A DNA stretch of 64,000 nucleotides from an uncultured Syntrophomonadaceae bacterium (GTDB taxonomy: Bacteria > Bacillota > Dethiobacteria > DTU022 > PWGO01): assembly GCA_964636865.1 (NCBI GenBank), contig CAZWVJ010000001.1, positions 118,687-182,686 on the forward strand. Reading direction: 5' to 3'. The notes beneath the pieces are model-generated. The model worked only from the letters and a program-made list of their open reading frames with translations, did not search any database and had not been told where the DNA came from. The stretch's first letter is position 1, and the number at the start of each line of letters is the position of its first letter. A program made the translations under genes and the position numbers. Shown in pieces: positions 7,352 to 20,580 of this stretch.

Positions 7352-9268
7352 TTGTCTTATCAGAGCTTATACCGTAAATGGAGACCAATGCAGTTTAGTG
7401 AAGTTGTAGGGCAGGAACATATTACCAGGACCCTGCAAAATGCAATAGCCCGCTATAATGTTTCGCACGCGTATCTTTTTTGCGGTCCCCGTGGAACAGG
7501 GAAAACAACTGTGGCCAAAATTTTAGCTCGGGCTGCAAACTGCAAAAATTTATCGTTATCGGAGCCTTGTGGAAAATGTGATTCGTGCCAGCAAATTCTA
7601 ACCGGTTCATCTATGGATGTTTTTGAACTTGATGCCGCTTCTAACCGGGGTATTGATGAAGTTCGAGAGTTAAGGGAGAAAACGCGTTATGCGCCCAGTG
7701 AAGGGAAAAATAGTGTATATATAATTGATGAGGTACACATGCTTACCCAGGAAGCATTTAATGCCTTGTTAAAAACATTAGAAGAACCTCCTTCAGGGGT
7801 TCTTTTTGTACTTGCTACCACTGAACCTTACAAGTTGCCCTCCACGGTTGTTTCCCGTTGTCAACGATTAGATTTTCGCCTTTTAACTGCTTCAGAAGTA
7901 AAAGAAAGGCTTAAAGAAATTGCGAATGTGGAAGGATGGGGATATGAAGAAGAAGCAGTTGCATTGATAGCTCAGCTTTCGGAAGGCGCTATTCGTGATG
8001 CATTGGGATTATTGGAGCAAGCGTGTGCTTTTGGTGAAGGTCATGTTAATGCGGAAATGGTCTACACTCTTGCCGGATTAGCCAGGGAAGAAACAGTTAA
8101 GCAAATGGTGGAAGCATTGGCTGAGGAAGATATTGTGAAAGGGCTGAATGTAATACGCGATGTAACTTTTGGCGGGAAAGATTTATACTTATTTCTAAAA
8201 GAACAGATTTTGTTTTTTAAACAGTTACTGGTGGCGCAGGCAGCGGGGCCGGATGTAATTGATGAGCAAAGATACCGAGAACCTGCTTTGGAATATAAAG
8301 ATAGGTTCAATCGCAATTCGATCCTGGAAATGATATCTATTCTTCACCAGGCAATTGGCGAAATTCGCTATGCCGAGCATGCTCATTTTATATTGGAAAT
8401 AGCCTTTTTAAATCTGCTAAAAACCGCGAAAGTTGATACTTATGATGTATCGAAAAGTTTAGAGGAAAAAGCAGAAAGGTTTGAAGAAGGACGGGAATAT
8501 AGAAAAGAAAGAAAAGATGAGGGTAATTTTTCAATTTCAGAGCAGGCAAACCATGAAGACCATGAAAAATTAGGTGAAAAGAAAGAGAATAATTTTCACG
8601 AGGATGATGATTCAACCAGTGCAGAAACTTCCACTGATAAAGATGGTGAAGAGGGCGCCGTTTCTTTTACTGATCAAGATGAGCCTGCTACAGCAGAAAA
8701 GATGTGGGCTCTTATTTTGGAATCTTTTCAAAAAGATCAAAGCACCCTTGCTCTACTTCAATCATTGCAGGTAAAGAAACTGGAAAATAACATTTTATAT
8801 TTGAGCTGTGAGCGAAACAAATATCATTTTATAGAAAAAATGTTTGCTGATTTAAGTAAGCGCAGATATATTGAGAAAGAGGCCAGTGAAGCAGTCGGGA
8901 AAGAAATTCGCTTAATGCTTACACAATCAGATGAGCAGGAACATGAGATTTCTGAATTGAATAAAGAAACAGAGAAAACTAATTTAAAGAAAGCTAATAA
9001 TGTAGAGAAATCCAATGCAGAAAAACCTGATATAGAAGAGCCATTGCAAGAAGATAATCAAACGCAAAGCTTGAGTGAACCGGAAGAAAACAGCTTACCT
9101 TGCGATGATGCTTTACAGGAACCATCCGAACAACCTGAAACACATGGAGAAGATGTAAACAATAAAAATGAGAATGAATCGTCTCGAAATTTACAACATG
9201 ATGAGGTTATTATAAAAGAGGCCTTAAGATTGTTTGAGGGCAGTGAAATAATTGAAAATGATAATTAA
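7352..9268 (+). CDS. dnaX: DNA polymerase III subunits gamma/tau
   Basis: TTG start giving MSYQSLYRKWRPMQF (B. subtilis DnaX begins MSYQALYRVFRPQRF). Walker A GPRGTGKTT; zinc module CGKCDSC; a long acidic low-complexity C-terminal tail. Confidence 0.95.
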   Translation: MSYQSLYRKWRPMQFSEVVGQEHITRTLQNAIARYNVSHAYLFCGPRGTGKTTVAKILARAANCKNLSLSEPCGKCDSCQQILTGSSMDVFELDAASNRGIDEVRELREKTRYAPSEGKNSVYIIDEVHMLTQEAFNALLKTLEEPPSGVLFVLATTEPYKLPSTVVSRCQRLDFRLLTASEVKERLKEIANVEGWGYEEEAVALIAQLSEGAIRDALGLLEQACAFGEGHVNAEMVYTLAGLAREETVKQMVEALAEEDIVKGLNVIRDVTFGGKDLYLFLKEQILFFKQLLVAQAAGPDVIDEQRYREPALEYKDRFNRNSILEMISILHQAIGEIRYAEHAHFILEIAFLNLLKTAKVDTYDVSKSLEEKAERFEEGREYRKERKDEGNFSISEQANHEDHEKLGEKKENNFHEDDDSTSAETSTDKDGEEGAVSFTDQDEPATAEKMWALILESFQKDQSTLALLQSLQVKKLENNILYLSCERNKYHFIEKMFADLSKRRYIEKEASEAVGKEIRLMLTQSDEQEHEISELNKETEKTNLKKANNVEKSNAEKPDIEEPLQEDNQTQSLSEPEENSLPCDDALQEPSEQPETHGEDVNNKNENESSRNLQHDEVIIKEALRLFEGSEIIENDN

Positions 9269-9280
9269 GGGGGAAAAAAG

Positions 9281-9595
9281 ATGGCTGATTTTAGTAAAAT
9301 GATGAAGCAGGTTCAAAAAATGCAGAATCAAGTGGCAAAAATGCAGGAAGAATTAGCACAAAGAGAATTAGAAGCTACCAGTGGAGGTGGTGCCGTTCGT
9401 GCAGTAGCTAATGGTAAAAAACAACTACTTTCTATTGAAATTTCTCCGGAAGTTATAGATCCCGAAGATAAAGATATGCTAGAAGACATGGTGGTTGCTG
9501 CTGTCAATGAAGTAATGGAACGTGTGGATGACATGACTTCTGAAGAAATGAAAAAAGTTACCGGAGGGTTGGACTTACCTCCTGGATTAATATAA
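9281..9595 (+). CDS. ybaB: Nucleoid-associated protein YbaB/EbfC
   Basis: 104 aa; MMKQVQKMQNQVAKMQEELAQRE...GGGAV motif; conserved position between dnaX and recR. Confidence 0.9.
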   Translation: MADFSKMMKQVQKMQNQVAKMQEELAQRELEATSGGGAVRAVANGKKQLLSIEISPEVIDPEDKDMLEDMVVAAVNEVMERVDDMTSEEMKKVTGGLDLPPGLI

Positions 9596-9626
9596 GTGCT
9601 CAGGTAATTTTGAAGGAGGGGCTTCA

Positions 9627-10223
9627 TTGAGTTTTCCACCGGCTTTGGAGGAATTGATTGAAGTCTTTCGCCGTTTTCCGGGAATAGGGGCAAAAACGGC
9701 GCAGAGGCTTTCCTTTTATCTTCTGTCCCAATCTTCGGAAGAAGTGGAGCAGATGGCAAAAACCATGGTTTATGCGAAAAGAAGAATAAGCTATTGCTCC
9801 CAATGCGCCAGCTTTACAGAAAAAGATCCTTGTGAAATATGTACCGATCCAAAGCGTGATCAAGAAGTAATTTGTGTAGTGCAGTTTCCACGGGATGTGC
9901 TTGTTTTAGAAAAAACAGGGCAATATAGAGGCCTTTATCATGTCTTGCACGGAGCCCTCTCACCCATAGACGGTATTGGCCCGGAGGAACTTAAAATACC
10001 GCAGTTAAAGAAAAAAGTAGAAGAAAAAGGTATCAAGGAAATGGTAATTGCTACGAATCCAAATGTTGAAGGTGATGCTACCGCAAGCTATCTTTCACGT
10101 TTGATTAAGCCCTTGGGAGTCAGGGTAACACGGATAGGCTTTGGTTTGCCGGTGGGAGGCGACCTGGAATATGCCGATGAGCTAACTCTGGGAAGAGCCC
10201 TGGATGGAAGGATGGAATTATAA
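9627..10223 (+). CDS. recR: Recombination protein RecR
   Basis: TTG start with RBS GAAGGAGGGG; HhH motif (FPGIGAKTAQRLSFYLL); C4 zinc finger (CSQCASFTEKDPCEIC); Toprim domain. Confidence 0.93.
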   Translation: MSFPPALEELIEVFRRFPGIGAKTAQRLSFYLLSQSSEEVEQMAKTMVYAKRRISYCSQCASFTEKDPCEICTDPKRDQEVICVVQFPRDVLVLEKTGQYRGLYHVLHGALSPIDGIGPEELKIPQLKKKVEEKGIKEMVIATNPNVEGDATASYLSRLIKPLGVRVTRIGFGLPVGGDLEYADELTLGRALDGRMEL

Positions 10224-10247
10224 GAATAAATATAAGGGTGTTTAATT

Positions 10248-10775
10248 ATGGAATTTAAAGATTTGATCAAGAAACGCCGAAGTGTGCGTCGTTTTAAAGA
10301 AGATCTTTTGCCCCGGGATTTATTGCGTGATTTATTGGAGACGGCTCTTTATGCTCCTAGTGCCGGTAATGTTCAACCATGGAAGTTTACAGTGATCCAA
10401 TCAAACCACATAAAAGAAAAATTAGCAGCTGCAGCTTTAAATCAGAGATGGATAGCAGAGGCTCCGACAGTAGTAGTGGTTCAGATTGATCTGGAGCGAG
10501 CATTTAAAACTTATGGCCAACGCGGCTCTTCGCTTTATGCTATTCAGGATACGGCGGCTACTATTCAGACAATGCTTCTGTATGCTACCTATAAGGGAAT
10601 TGCTTCTTGCTGGGTGGGTGCATTTGTTGAAAAAGAAGTGTCAAAAATATTATCCCTTTCTTCTAATTTGAGACCGGTGGCTCTCATTTCATTAGGTTAT
10701 GCTGCAGAGGATCCGCCAGCTCCACCCCGTAGAGCTGCGGAAGAAGTTATTGATTTTGAAGAAGATATTACATAA
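10248..10775 (+). CDS. Nitroreductase family protein
   Basis: KRRSVRRF...PSAGNVQPW motif typical of the NADH oxidase / nitroreductase fold. Confidence 0.85.
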   Translation: MEFKDLIKKRRSVRRFKEDLLPRDLLRDLLETALYAPSAGNVQPWKFTVIQSNHIKEKLAAAALNQRWIAEAPTVVVVQIDLERAFKTYGQRGSSLYAIQDTAATIQTMLLYATYKGIASCWVGAFVEKEVSKILSLSSNLRPVALISLGYAAEDPPAPPRRAAEEVIDFEEDIT

Positions 10776-10868
10776 ATTAACTTATTAAAAAATACTTGAG
10801 TGCATATTCAATGAAACATGATTATTACAATGATCGGGGCAATTAAAGTAAATTTAATTGAGAGTTAA

Positions 10869-11492
10869 TTAAGAGTTAACTTTTAATTCTTTAATTACCA
10901 ATCCCGGTAAATGGGCATAATCTTCTGTGGGAAGATAAGATGAAGCATGGGCATCGTATAGTATATTAGCTGTGGGCGAAAACTCTTCATCACCCGGGTG
11001 AAGAATAAATGCTACCGGTACCCGTGGTAAGACAGGGACAACCATGCTGTATTCTCCCAGTTGAGGATTGTGAAATCCTCCAATTTTAGAAGCTGCTTCG
11101 ATAAAAGTTGAAGGAGAGCTTCCGAATGCTTTTAAAAAAGGATATAAAGCTCTTTTTCGAAAAGGATCGATGTATATTTGCCCTCCAGGAAGTTCTTTAA
11201 AAGAAATCCATTTTCCAGAAAGAGGGTTGCCATTAGAAGTGTTCAGGTAGTGTAAAAGAATGATAGAGATGTAAAGGGAAGCTTTTTCACCTGTTGAATC
11301 CCAAATATCACCGGAAGGATGTTTAATAGTATAATTTTCTTGGAGAAAAAATATATTAAAAGTTTTTTGTTCTTCATTAAATTCTACGGCGCTATTAAGA
11401 GCGACCTTTTGAGGATCTTGAAGCGAAAAATTATTTAGGGCGTATTCCCAAGTTGTTTCTAAATTCATAAACCCTTTGCCTTTTTGTCCCAT
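10869..11492 (-). CDS. Conserved hypothetical protein (possibly DUF3786 family)
   Basis: 207-aa ORF on the opposite strand to its neighbours. No catalytic motifs recognised; the family assignment is tentative and from memory. Confidence 0.4.
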   Translation of the reverse strand: MGQKGKGFMNLETTWEYALNNFSLQDPQKVALNSAVEFNEEQKTFNIFFLQENYTIKHPSGDIWDSTGEKASLYISIILLHYLNTSNGNPLSGKWISFKELPGGQIYIDPFRKRALYPFLKAFGSSPSTFIEAASKIGGFHNPQLGEYSMVVPVLPRVPVAFILHPGDEEFSPTANILYDAHASSYLPTEDYAHLPGLVIKELKVNS

Positions 11493-11840
11493 TATATCCT
11501 CCTTAATAGTTGTAAAGAAATTTATATATATTTATAATATTATTTTGTTAAAGTAATCAGGGTTTTGTTAAGTTTGAAAATAAGTAAACGAAATACTCCA
11601 AAACTGTTGATTACCTTAACCAAAATTAACATTATCTTAACATATCCCTTTTAAGTGAGCAATAAAAATGGAAGTTTACTGCACTTACTTTGCCAACAAT
11701 AAATAATTTGTTGTGGATTTACGAGAATATCAGCGAAACCCATGCTTTTAATAGAGAGATGATGCCTTTAGAAGCGTGTTTAGCTATAATTGACAGTAGA
11801 TAAAAGGTTTGTTATGCTATTTTTAATATGTAAAGATTAA

Positions 11841-14727
<2,887 letters not shown>

Positions 14728-14744
14728 TAAAGGGGGCATGTATA

Positions 14745-15389
14745 TTGAAGAGAAATGCTTTTATCACATTTGAAGGCATTGATGGTTCTGGGAAAACTAC
14801 CCAAATGGAATTATTAAAGCATAAAATGTTGACTTATAATATTCCTAACTTATTTATACGTGATCCCGGTACAACAGTTATTGGAGAAAAAATTCGTGAT
14901 TTACTGCTTTCACCGGATAATAAAGAAATGAGTTTAACTACTGAAATTTTCTTATATGCAGCAGCAAGGGCTCAAATGGTTTATGAAGTAATTCAGCCGG
15001 CTTTGGAAGAAAGCAAAATAGTAGTTTGTGATCGATTTATTCATTCCACTCTGGCTTATCAAGGCTATGGGTCGGGATATAAATTGGAAGCTATAAAATC
15101 CATTAACCGGGAAGCCATGGGAAATATATGGCCCGATTTGACTTTTATAATGGATATTGAAGTTGAGGAAAGTTTTCAAAGATGTTCGCACAAGGGGCTA
15201 AATGGTGATGGAAAGGATCGCATTGAACAGAGAAACTTCGAATTTTACAATAGAGTACGCGAAGGGTATCTTGCTTTAGCCAAAGAAGATGAGAGAAATA
15301 TTGTAGTTTTGCCACCAGGTGTAACAGTAGAAGGAGCGCATCAAATAATTTGGGGGAAAATAAATGAAAGACTCAGCTTGGGGTTTTGA
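14745..15389 (+). CDS. tmk: Thymidylate kinase
   Basis: P-loop FEGIDGSGKTT; TTG start preceded by the AAGGGGG RBS. Confidence 0.92.
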   Translation: MKRNAFITFEGIDGSGKTTQMELLKHKMLTYNIPNLFIRDPGTTVIGEKIRDLLLSPDNKEMSLTTEIFLYAAARAQMVYEVIQPALEESKIVVCDRFIHSTLAYQGYGSGYKLEAIKSINREAMGNIWPDLTFIMDIEVEESFQRCSHKGLNGDGKDRIEQRNFEFYNRVREGYLALAKEDERNIVVLPPGVTVEGAHQIIWGKINERLSLGF

Positions 15390-16371
15390 TCGACTTTTTG
15401 GGCAAGAAAAAAATATAGAAGTGATTAAGAAATTAATTGCTAAAGGTACACTGTCCCATGCTCTTTTACTTACGGGGCCTCCGGGCAGCGGAAAAAGCTC
15501 GCTGGCTTTATTGATTGCACAGGCTTTAAATTGTGCACAGAGCGCAGAAGGCCCATGTGAAATATGCGTTTCATGCCGTAAAATAAGAGATGGAAATCAT
15601 GCTGATGTAATTGTAGTAGAACCTGAAGAGCGTTCCATAAAAATTGACCCGCTGCGGGAAGTAAAAAAAAGATTTATTTATTATCCACAAGAGCAGGGAA
15701 TTAGGGTATGCCTTATTGAAGATGCTCATTGCCTAACATCGGCGGCAGCGGCGGCTCTTTTGAAGATTATGGAAGAACCCCCTGAAAGACTGGTTTTTTT
15801 ATTAACCACATCCTACCCCTCCGGGTTGCCCTCCACTATTTTATCACGTTGCCAGCATTATTTAATGCAGAGGTTAGATAATATGGAAATGGAGGAATAT
15901 CTGCGAGAATTTTCTCCCGGTGCTACCGAAAGTGAAATTACTTTGGCTAAGAATTTAAGTGAGGGGCTGCCGGGTAGAGCTCAAGATATTGTTTTAAATC
16001 AAGTATGGGGAGAACGTCGAGAAATGGTTTATAATGTTGGAGAAAAATTGATATCTCCCGACATATCTGAAAAAGAATTGTTAGGAGAGGCAAAAAAATG
16101 GGTTGATCGGGAAGATCTTACCCAACTGTTAGAACTGCTGGCTAACTTTTTTAAGGATGGCATGGTATGGAAATTAAGTGAAGATTCTTTCCAGCTTTTT
16201 GATAAAGATTTACATGAATTTTGGAGGGAATATAAAATAGGTGCTATGAAATTAAAAAGTTGTTTGGAACTGGTTAATGACACTCGTAAAATGTTATTAA
16301 CAAATATAAACAGGTTGCTGGGAGTTGAAAATTTATTTTTACAAATCAGAGGGAGGATTTTTGATGTATAG
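15364..16371 (+). CDS. holB: DNA polymerase III delta' subunit
   Basis: AAA+ motif GPPGSGK; zinc motif CEICVSC; synteny tmk-holB-yaaT. Confidence 0.88.
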   Translation: MKDSAWGFDRLFGQEKNIEVIKKLIAKGTLSHALLLTGPPGSGKSSLALLIAQALNCAQSAEGPCEICVSCRKIRDGNHADVIVVEPEERSIKIDPLREVKKRFIYYPQEQGIRVCLIEDAHCLTSAAAAALLKIMEEPPERLVFLLTTSYPSGLPSTILSRCQHYLMQRLDNMEMEEYLREFSPGATESEITLAKNLSEGLPGRAQDIVLNQVWGERREMVYNVGEKLISPDISEKELLGEAKKWVDREDLTQLLELLANFFKDGMVWKLSEDSFQLFDKDLHEFWREYKIGAMKLKSCLELVNDTRKMLLTNINRLLGVENLFLQIRGRIFDV

Positions 16372-17170
16372 TGTTATTGGAGTAAGATTTCGTAATGCAG
16401 GCAAAATATATTATTTTGATCCCGTTAATGTAGAATTACATAAAGATGATATGGTTATTGTGGAAACTTCGCGAGGTCTTGAAATAGGGAAAGTGGTGGA
16501 AGAAAAAAAAGAAATAACCAAAGAAGAAGTGGTAAAGCCGTTAAAAAAGGTTATTCGCAAAGCCACCAAAGCTGATTTTGCTCAATTAGAAGAGAATAAG
16601 AGAAAAGAAGAAGAAGCTTTTAATACTTGCCTAAAGAGTATAGCCGAACATAAGATGGATATGAAATTAATTCGAGCGGAATATACCTTTGATCGAAGTA
16701 AGATAATATTTTACTTTATTGCGGAAGGTAGAATTGATTTTCGAGAGTTAGTTAAAGAGCTGGCTTCTATTTTTCAAACCAGAATTGAACTTCGCCAAAT
16801 AGGGGTTAGAGACGAAGCTAAATTAATTGGAGGAATGGGCCCTTGTGGGAGGCCTTTTTGCTGTACTACTTTTTTAGAAGAGTTCGAATCTGTATCTATT
16901 CGCATGGCAAAAAATCAGAATCTCTCTTTAAATCCTACCAAGATATCCGGAGTTTGTGGACGATTAATGTGTTGTTTGCGTTTTGAAGATGATACTTACG
17001 AAGAAGTTAGGGGTGAATATCCCGGAGTTGGAAGTGAGGTAATTACTCCTGATGGAGAAGGTAAAGTGGTTTCTGTTAATATGGTAAAAGAAACGGTTCA
17101 GGTGGAGTTAAAAGAACTTCAAAGCCATCGGGAGTTTCCTTTAGAAGAAGTAGATATTATAGAAGATTGA
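16364..17170 (+). CDS. ricT: PSP1-domain protein YaaT/RicT (stage 0 sporulation / RNase Y regulator family)
   Basis: PSP1 C-terminal domain with conserved Cys (GPCGRPFCC, CGRLMCCLRFED). Likely start at MYSVIG after the GAGGGAGGA RBS. Confidence 0.85.
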   Translation: MYSVIGVRFRNAGKIYYFDPVNVELHKDDMVIVETSRGLEIGKVVEEKKEITKEEVVKPLKKVIRKATKADFAQLEENKRKEEEAFNTCLKSIAEHKMDMKLIRAEYTFDRSKIIFYFIAEGRIDFRELVKELASIFQTRIELRQIGVRDEAKLIGGMGPCGRPFCCTTFLEEFESVSIRMAKNQNLSLNPTKISGVCGRLMCCLRFEDDTYEEVRGEYPGVGSEVITPDGEGKVVSVNMVKETVQVELKELQSHREFPLEEVDIIED

Positions 17171-17191
17171 CAGTAGACATGAGGGAATTAC

Positions 17192-18052
17192 ATGAAATTA
17201 GAAAAAAAAGGTAATCTTTTTATTTGTGCCACCCCCATAGGCAATATGGAAGATATTACCATACGAGTTTTAAACTATTTGCGGCAAGTGGAAATAATTG
17301 CAAGCGAAGACACCCGCAGGACTTTAAAATTATTAAATGCCTATAGTATTAAACCTGCGCGTTTAATAAGTTATCATGAACATAGCCCTCCGGAGCGCAT
17401 TAATGAAATCATTAATTTTTTAAAAGAGGGGCAAGATGTAGCTTTAGTTGCAGATGCTGGTATGCCCGGACTTTCCGATCCCGGAGCCGAACTGGTGAGC
17501 AAGGTGTGGCAGGAAGAACTAAGAGTAACAGTTTTACCCGGCCCCTCGGTCTTAACAGCTGCCCTGGCTATTTCTGGTTATCAGGCGGATCACTTCGTAT
17601 TTTTAGGTTTTTTAAATCGCATTCCTCATAAGCAGAGGCAAAAGGTTCTTCAAAAAAATAGTGAACATGTAATGGTTATGTTTGAATCTCCCCATCAGTT
17701 AAAAAAAACTCTTCGGGAATTGGAGGAATATTTGGGAGATCATGAGTTAGTAGTCATTCGAGAATTGACAAAAAAATTTGAAGAAGTTAAAAGAGGAACT
17801 CCTTCGGAACAAGTAAGTTACTTTTCCGAAAAAGCCCCCCGTGGAGAGTTTACACTGGTTATAAGTGCATCTTCAAAACAACGGGAAGATGTTCCTTCAA
17901 AAGAGTCACTGCAAATAGATTTACAAGAACTCATTAGTGCAGGGCTTTCTCCCAAGCATGCTGTTAAAGCAGTTTCGTTACTAAGGAAAGTGCCTCGAAA
18001 CGAAGCATATGACATTTACTTAAAACTTAAAGACCAACTAAATAAAGAATAA
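17192..18052 (+). CDS. rsmI: 16S rRNA (cytidine1402-2'-O)-methyltransferase RsmI (YabC)
   Basis: Tetrapyrrole-methylase-fold N-terminus (LFICATPIGNMEDIT, DAGMPGLSDPG); synteny before abrB/metG. Confidence 0.88.
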   Translation: MKLEKKGNLFICATPIGNMEDITIRVLNYLRQVEIIASEDTRRTLKLLNAYSIKPARLISYHEHSPPERINEIINFLKEGQDVALVADAGMPGLSDPGAELVSKVWQEELRVTVLPGPSVLTAALAISGYQADHFVFLGFLNRIPHKQRQKVLQKNSEHVMVMFESPHQLKKTLRELEEYLGDHELVVIRELTKKFEEVKRGTPSEQVSYFSEKAPRGEFTLVISASSKQREDVPSKESLQIDLQELISAGLSPKHAVKAVSLLRKVPRNEAYDIYLKLKDQLNKE

Positions 18053-18118
18053 AAAATAAAGGCAGCCTTTTAGCTAAGCTACCTCTATTTTTTTGCACAG
18101 GAAAATATTGGAATGATA

Positions 18119-18370
18119 TTAACTCTTGCTTATATTTGTGGAACAGTCTTTGCAAATGTTTTTTCCCATATATTGCTTTATATGATCAGCATTGCCGCAA
18201 AAGACACATGCCGGCTCATATTTTTTGAGAATAATCTGTTCTCCTTCCACAAAAATTTCTAAAGCGTCTTTAATCTCAACTCCTAAAGTTCTGCGCAACT
18301 CAATAGGAATTACTACTCTTCCCAATTCATCAACTTTGCGAACGATTCCTGTAGACTTCAATGTTTTCAC
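18119..18370 (-). CDS. abrB: AbrB/SpoVT-family transition-state regulator
   Basis: MKTLKSTGIVRKVDELGRVVIPIELRRTLG swapped-hairpin N-domain; 83 aa; located before metG as in Bacillus. Confidence 0.85.
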   Translation of the reverse strand: MKTLKSTGIVRKVDELGRVVIPIELRRTLGVEIKDALEIFVEGEQIILKKYEPACVFCGNADHIKQYMGKNICKDCSTNISKS

Positions 18371-18467
18371 CCCTTTTCTATGTATAATATCCTCTTATTT
18401 ACTGATTTACATAATTATACCAATAATTCTTATAAAGATCAATACTAATTGAAAGCCTTTTTGCAGG

Positions 18468-18495
18468 TTGACACAAAGGCTCATTTTGTTATAAT
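18468..18495 (+). promoter_or_regulatory. Sigma-A-type promoter for metG (TTGACA-N16-TGnTATAAT, extended -10)
   Basis: ttgacacaaaggctcattttgttataat read directly from the sequence. Confidence 0.55.
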
Positions 18496-18615
18496 TACCT
18501 TGACTTTTTGGTTTTCTCCGATTAGTAACGTAAGCTGTATTTTTCCGAGAATGAAAGAATTTTGGCTGTTACAGTAACTATGTAATAATTGAAAGCCACC
18601 AGGGAGGCAACTTAT

Positions 18616-20565
18616 ATGGAGAAAAAAACTTATTATATTACTACCCCAATTTATTATCCCAGTGACAAATTGCATATAGGTCATTCATATACTACTGTAG
18701 CTGCAGATGCCTTGGCGCGGTTTAAAAGATTGACAGGCTACGAGGTTTGGTTTCTCACGGGTACAGATGAACATGGCCAAAAAATTCAGCGGCAAGCTGA
18801 GAAAAAAGGACAGACACCTCAACAGATGGTGGATGAAATAGTAGAGGGGATCAAGGACCTCTGGGCTAAACTGTATATTTCCTATAACGATTTTATTCGA
18901 ACTACTGAACCCAGGCATAAAGAAGCTGTACAGAATATTTTTACTCGTTTTTATGAAAACGGAGATATTTACAAAGGTAAATATGAAGGGTGGTACTGTA
19001 CGCCCTGTGAATCTTTTTGGCTAGAAAGGCAGATGGAAGCGCAAAAATGCCCTGATTGTGGTCGAGAACTGGAAATGGTATCGGAAGAAAGCTATTTTTT
19101 CCGGATGTCTAAATATGCCGATAGATTACGCCAACATATTGAAGACAACCCTGATTTTATTCTTCCCCCTTCCCGGAAGAATGAGATGATTAATAATTTT
19201 ATTGAACCGGGATTGGAAGATTTGTGCGTTTCTCGTACTACTTTTGAATGGGGCATTGAAGTTCCTTTCGACCCCGAGCATGTTATTTATGTGTGGTTGG
19301 ATGCCCTGAGTAATTATATCACTGCTCTGGGGTATGATACCGGTGACGAGAAATTTGAAAAATTTTGGCCTGCAGATGTCCATCTTATTGGAAAAGAAAT
19401 AGTGCGTTTTCACACTATCTATTGGCCAATATTTTTAATGGCTTTAGATTTGCCCCTTCCGCATAAAGTGTTTGGCCATGGCTGGTTAATTTTAGAGGAA
19501 GGAAAAATGTCAAAATCCAAAGGAAATGTAGTAGATCCTTTGCTTTTGATTGATCGTTATAGTACCGATGCAATTCGTTATTACCTTTTGCGAGAAATTT
19601 CCTTTGGTGCAGATGGGGTTTTTAGTATTGAGTCTTTGGTTCAGCGGATTAATTATGATTTAGCCAATGATTTGGGCAATTTAGTGAGCAGGGCTCTTAC
19701 CATGCTCGAAAGATATTTTCAAGGAGAACTTCCGGCTTCAAGCATATCAGATGAAATTGATGAAGAGCTAAAACAAGTTGCTTTAAAGATTCCTGAGAAA
19801 ATGGAATCACTTATGGATGAATTGCAAATTAGCAGCGCTCTTGCAGAACTATGGGAACTTGTACGTCAGTGTAACAGGTATGTTGATCAAACTACCCCAT
19901 GGGACCTGGCCAAAAATGATGATCATAATTCTCGGGAGCGCTTGAAAACGGTGATGTATAATTTAGCAGAAGGGATTCGTTTTATAGGTGTTCTTTTGCA
20001 GCCATTTATGCCTGCTACTTCCCATAGGATATTTCATCAATTAAATTTAACCGAGCAAGATTCACTGCTGAATTGGGAGAGCTTAGGGGATTGGGGAGGC
20101 ATTTTGCCCGGTCAAGTTATGCAGAGGGAGGAAGATCTTTTTCCCCGTTTAAATCTAAATAATGAAATTAAGTGGAGCTCCGGCGAGGAAGAAGGTGAGG
20201 AGGAGGATAAGGAATCTACAACAGATGTTTCTACGGAACAGGTTACATTAGACGATTTTAAAAAACTTGACTTGAGAGTTGGAAAAATTATTTCTGCAGA
20301 GAAGGTGCCTAAAACCGACAAATTGTTATGTATTAAAGTAGAACTTCAGGAGGGGCAGGTAAAGCAAATGGTAGCGGGGATAGCCGCAAATTATTCACCG
20401 GAAGAATTAAAAGGCAAATATGTCGTTGTGGTTGTAAATTTACCCCCTGTTAAATTAAAAGGAATTGAATCAGAGGGGATGTTGCTTGCAGCAAGTGATG
20501 AATCAGGTAATTTAAGCTTGATTACACCGGAAGCAGAACTTCCTTTGGGCAGCAAAATAACCTAA
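18616..20565 (+). CDS. metG: Methionine--tRNA ligase with C-terminal tRNA-binding (EMAP/Trbp111) domain
   Basis: HIGH motif (HIGHSYT), KMSKS motif, zinc knuckles (CTPCE...CPDCG), C-terminal Myf domain (LDLRVGKII). Likely start at MEKKTYY after the GGGAGG RBS. Confidence 0.95.
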   Translation: MEKKTYYITTPIYYPSDKLHIGHSYTTVAADALARFKRLTGYEVWFLTGTDEHGQKIQRQAEKKGQTPQQMVDEIVEGIKDLWAKLYISYNDFIRTTEPRHKEAVQNIFTRFYENGDIYKGKYEGWYCTPCESFWLERQMEAQKCPDCGRELEMVSEESYFFRMSKYADRLRQHIEDNPDFILPPSRKNEMINNFIEPGLEDLCVSRTTFEWGIEVPFDPEHVIYVWLDALSNYITALGYDTGDEKFEKFWPADVHLIGKEIVRFHTIYWPIFLMALDLPLPHKVFGHGWLILEEGKMSKSKGNVVDPLLLIDRYSTDAIRYYLLREISFGADGVFSIESLVQRINYDLANDLGNLVSRALTMLERYFQGELPASSISDEIDEELKQVALKIPEKMESLMDELQISSALAELWELVRQCNRYVDQTTPWDLAKNDDHNSRERLKTVMYNLAEGIRFIGVLLQPFMPATSHRIFHQLNLTEQDSLLNWESLGDWGGILPGQVMQREEDLFPRLNLNNEIKWSSGEEEGEEEDKESTTDVSTEQVTLDDFKKLDLRVGKIISAEKVPKTDKLLCIKVELQEGQVKQMVAGIAANYSPEELKGKYVVVVVNLPPVKLKGIESEGMLLAASDESGNLSLITPEAELPLGSKIT

Positions 20566-20580
20566 CAGAGGTGTTATGAA

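Noticed and set aside
7352-9268. Programmed -1 frameshift site in dnaX
   Set aside because: No A AAA AAG heptamer with downstream structure in the appropriate region; gamma production by frameshifting is not supported.
18589-18615. Upstream ATG at 18589 as the metG start (MKATREATY...)
   Set aside because: It lacks an RBS. The ATG at 18616 follows GGGAGG at ideal spacing and gives the conserved MetRS N-terminus.
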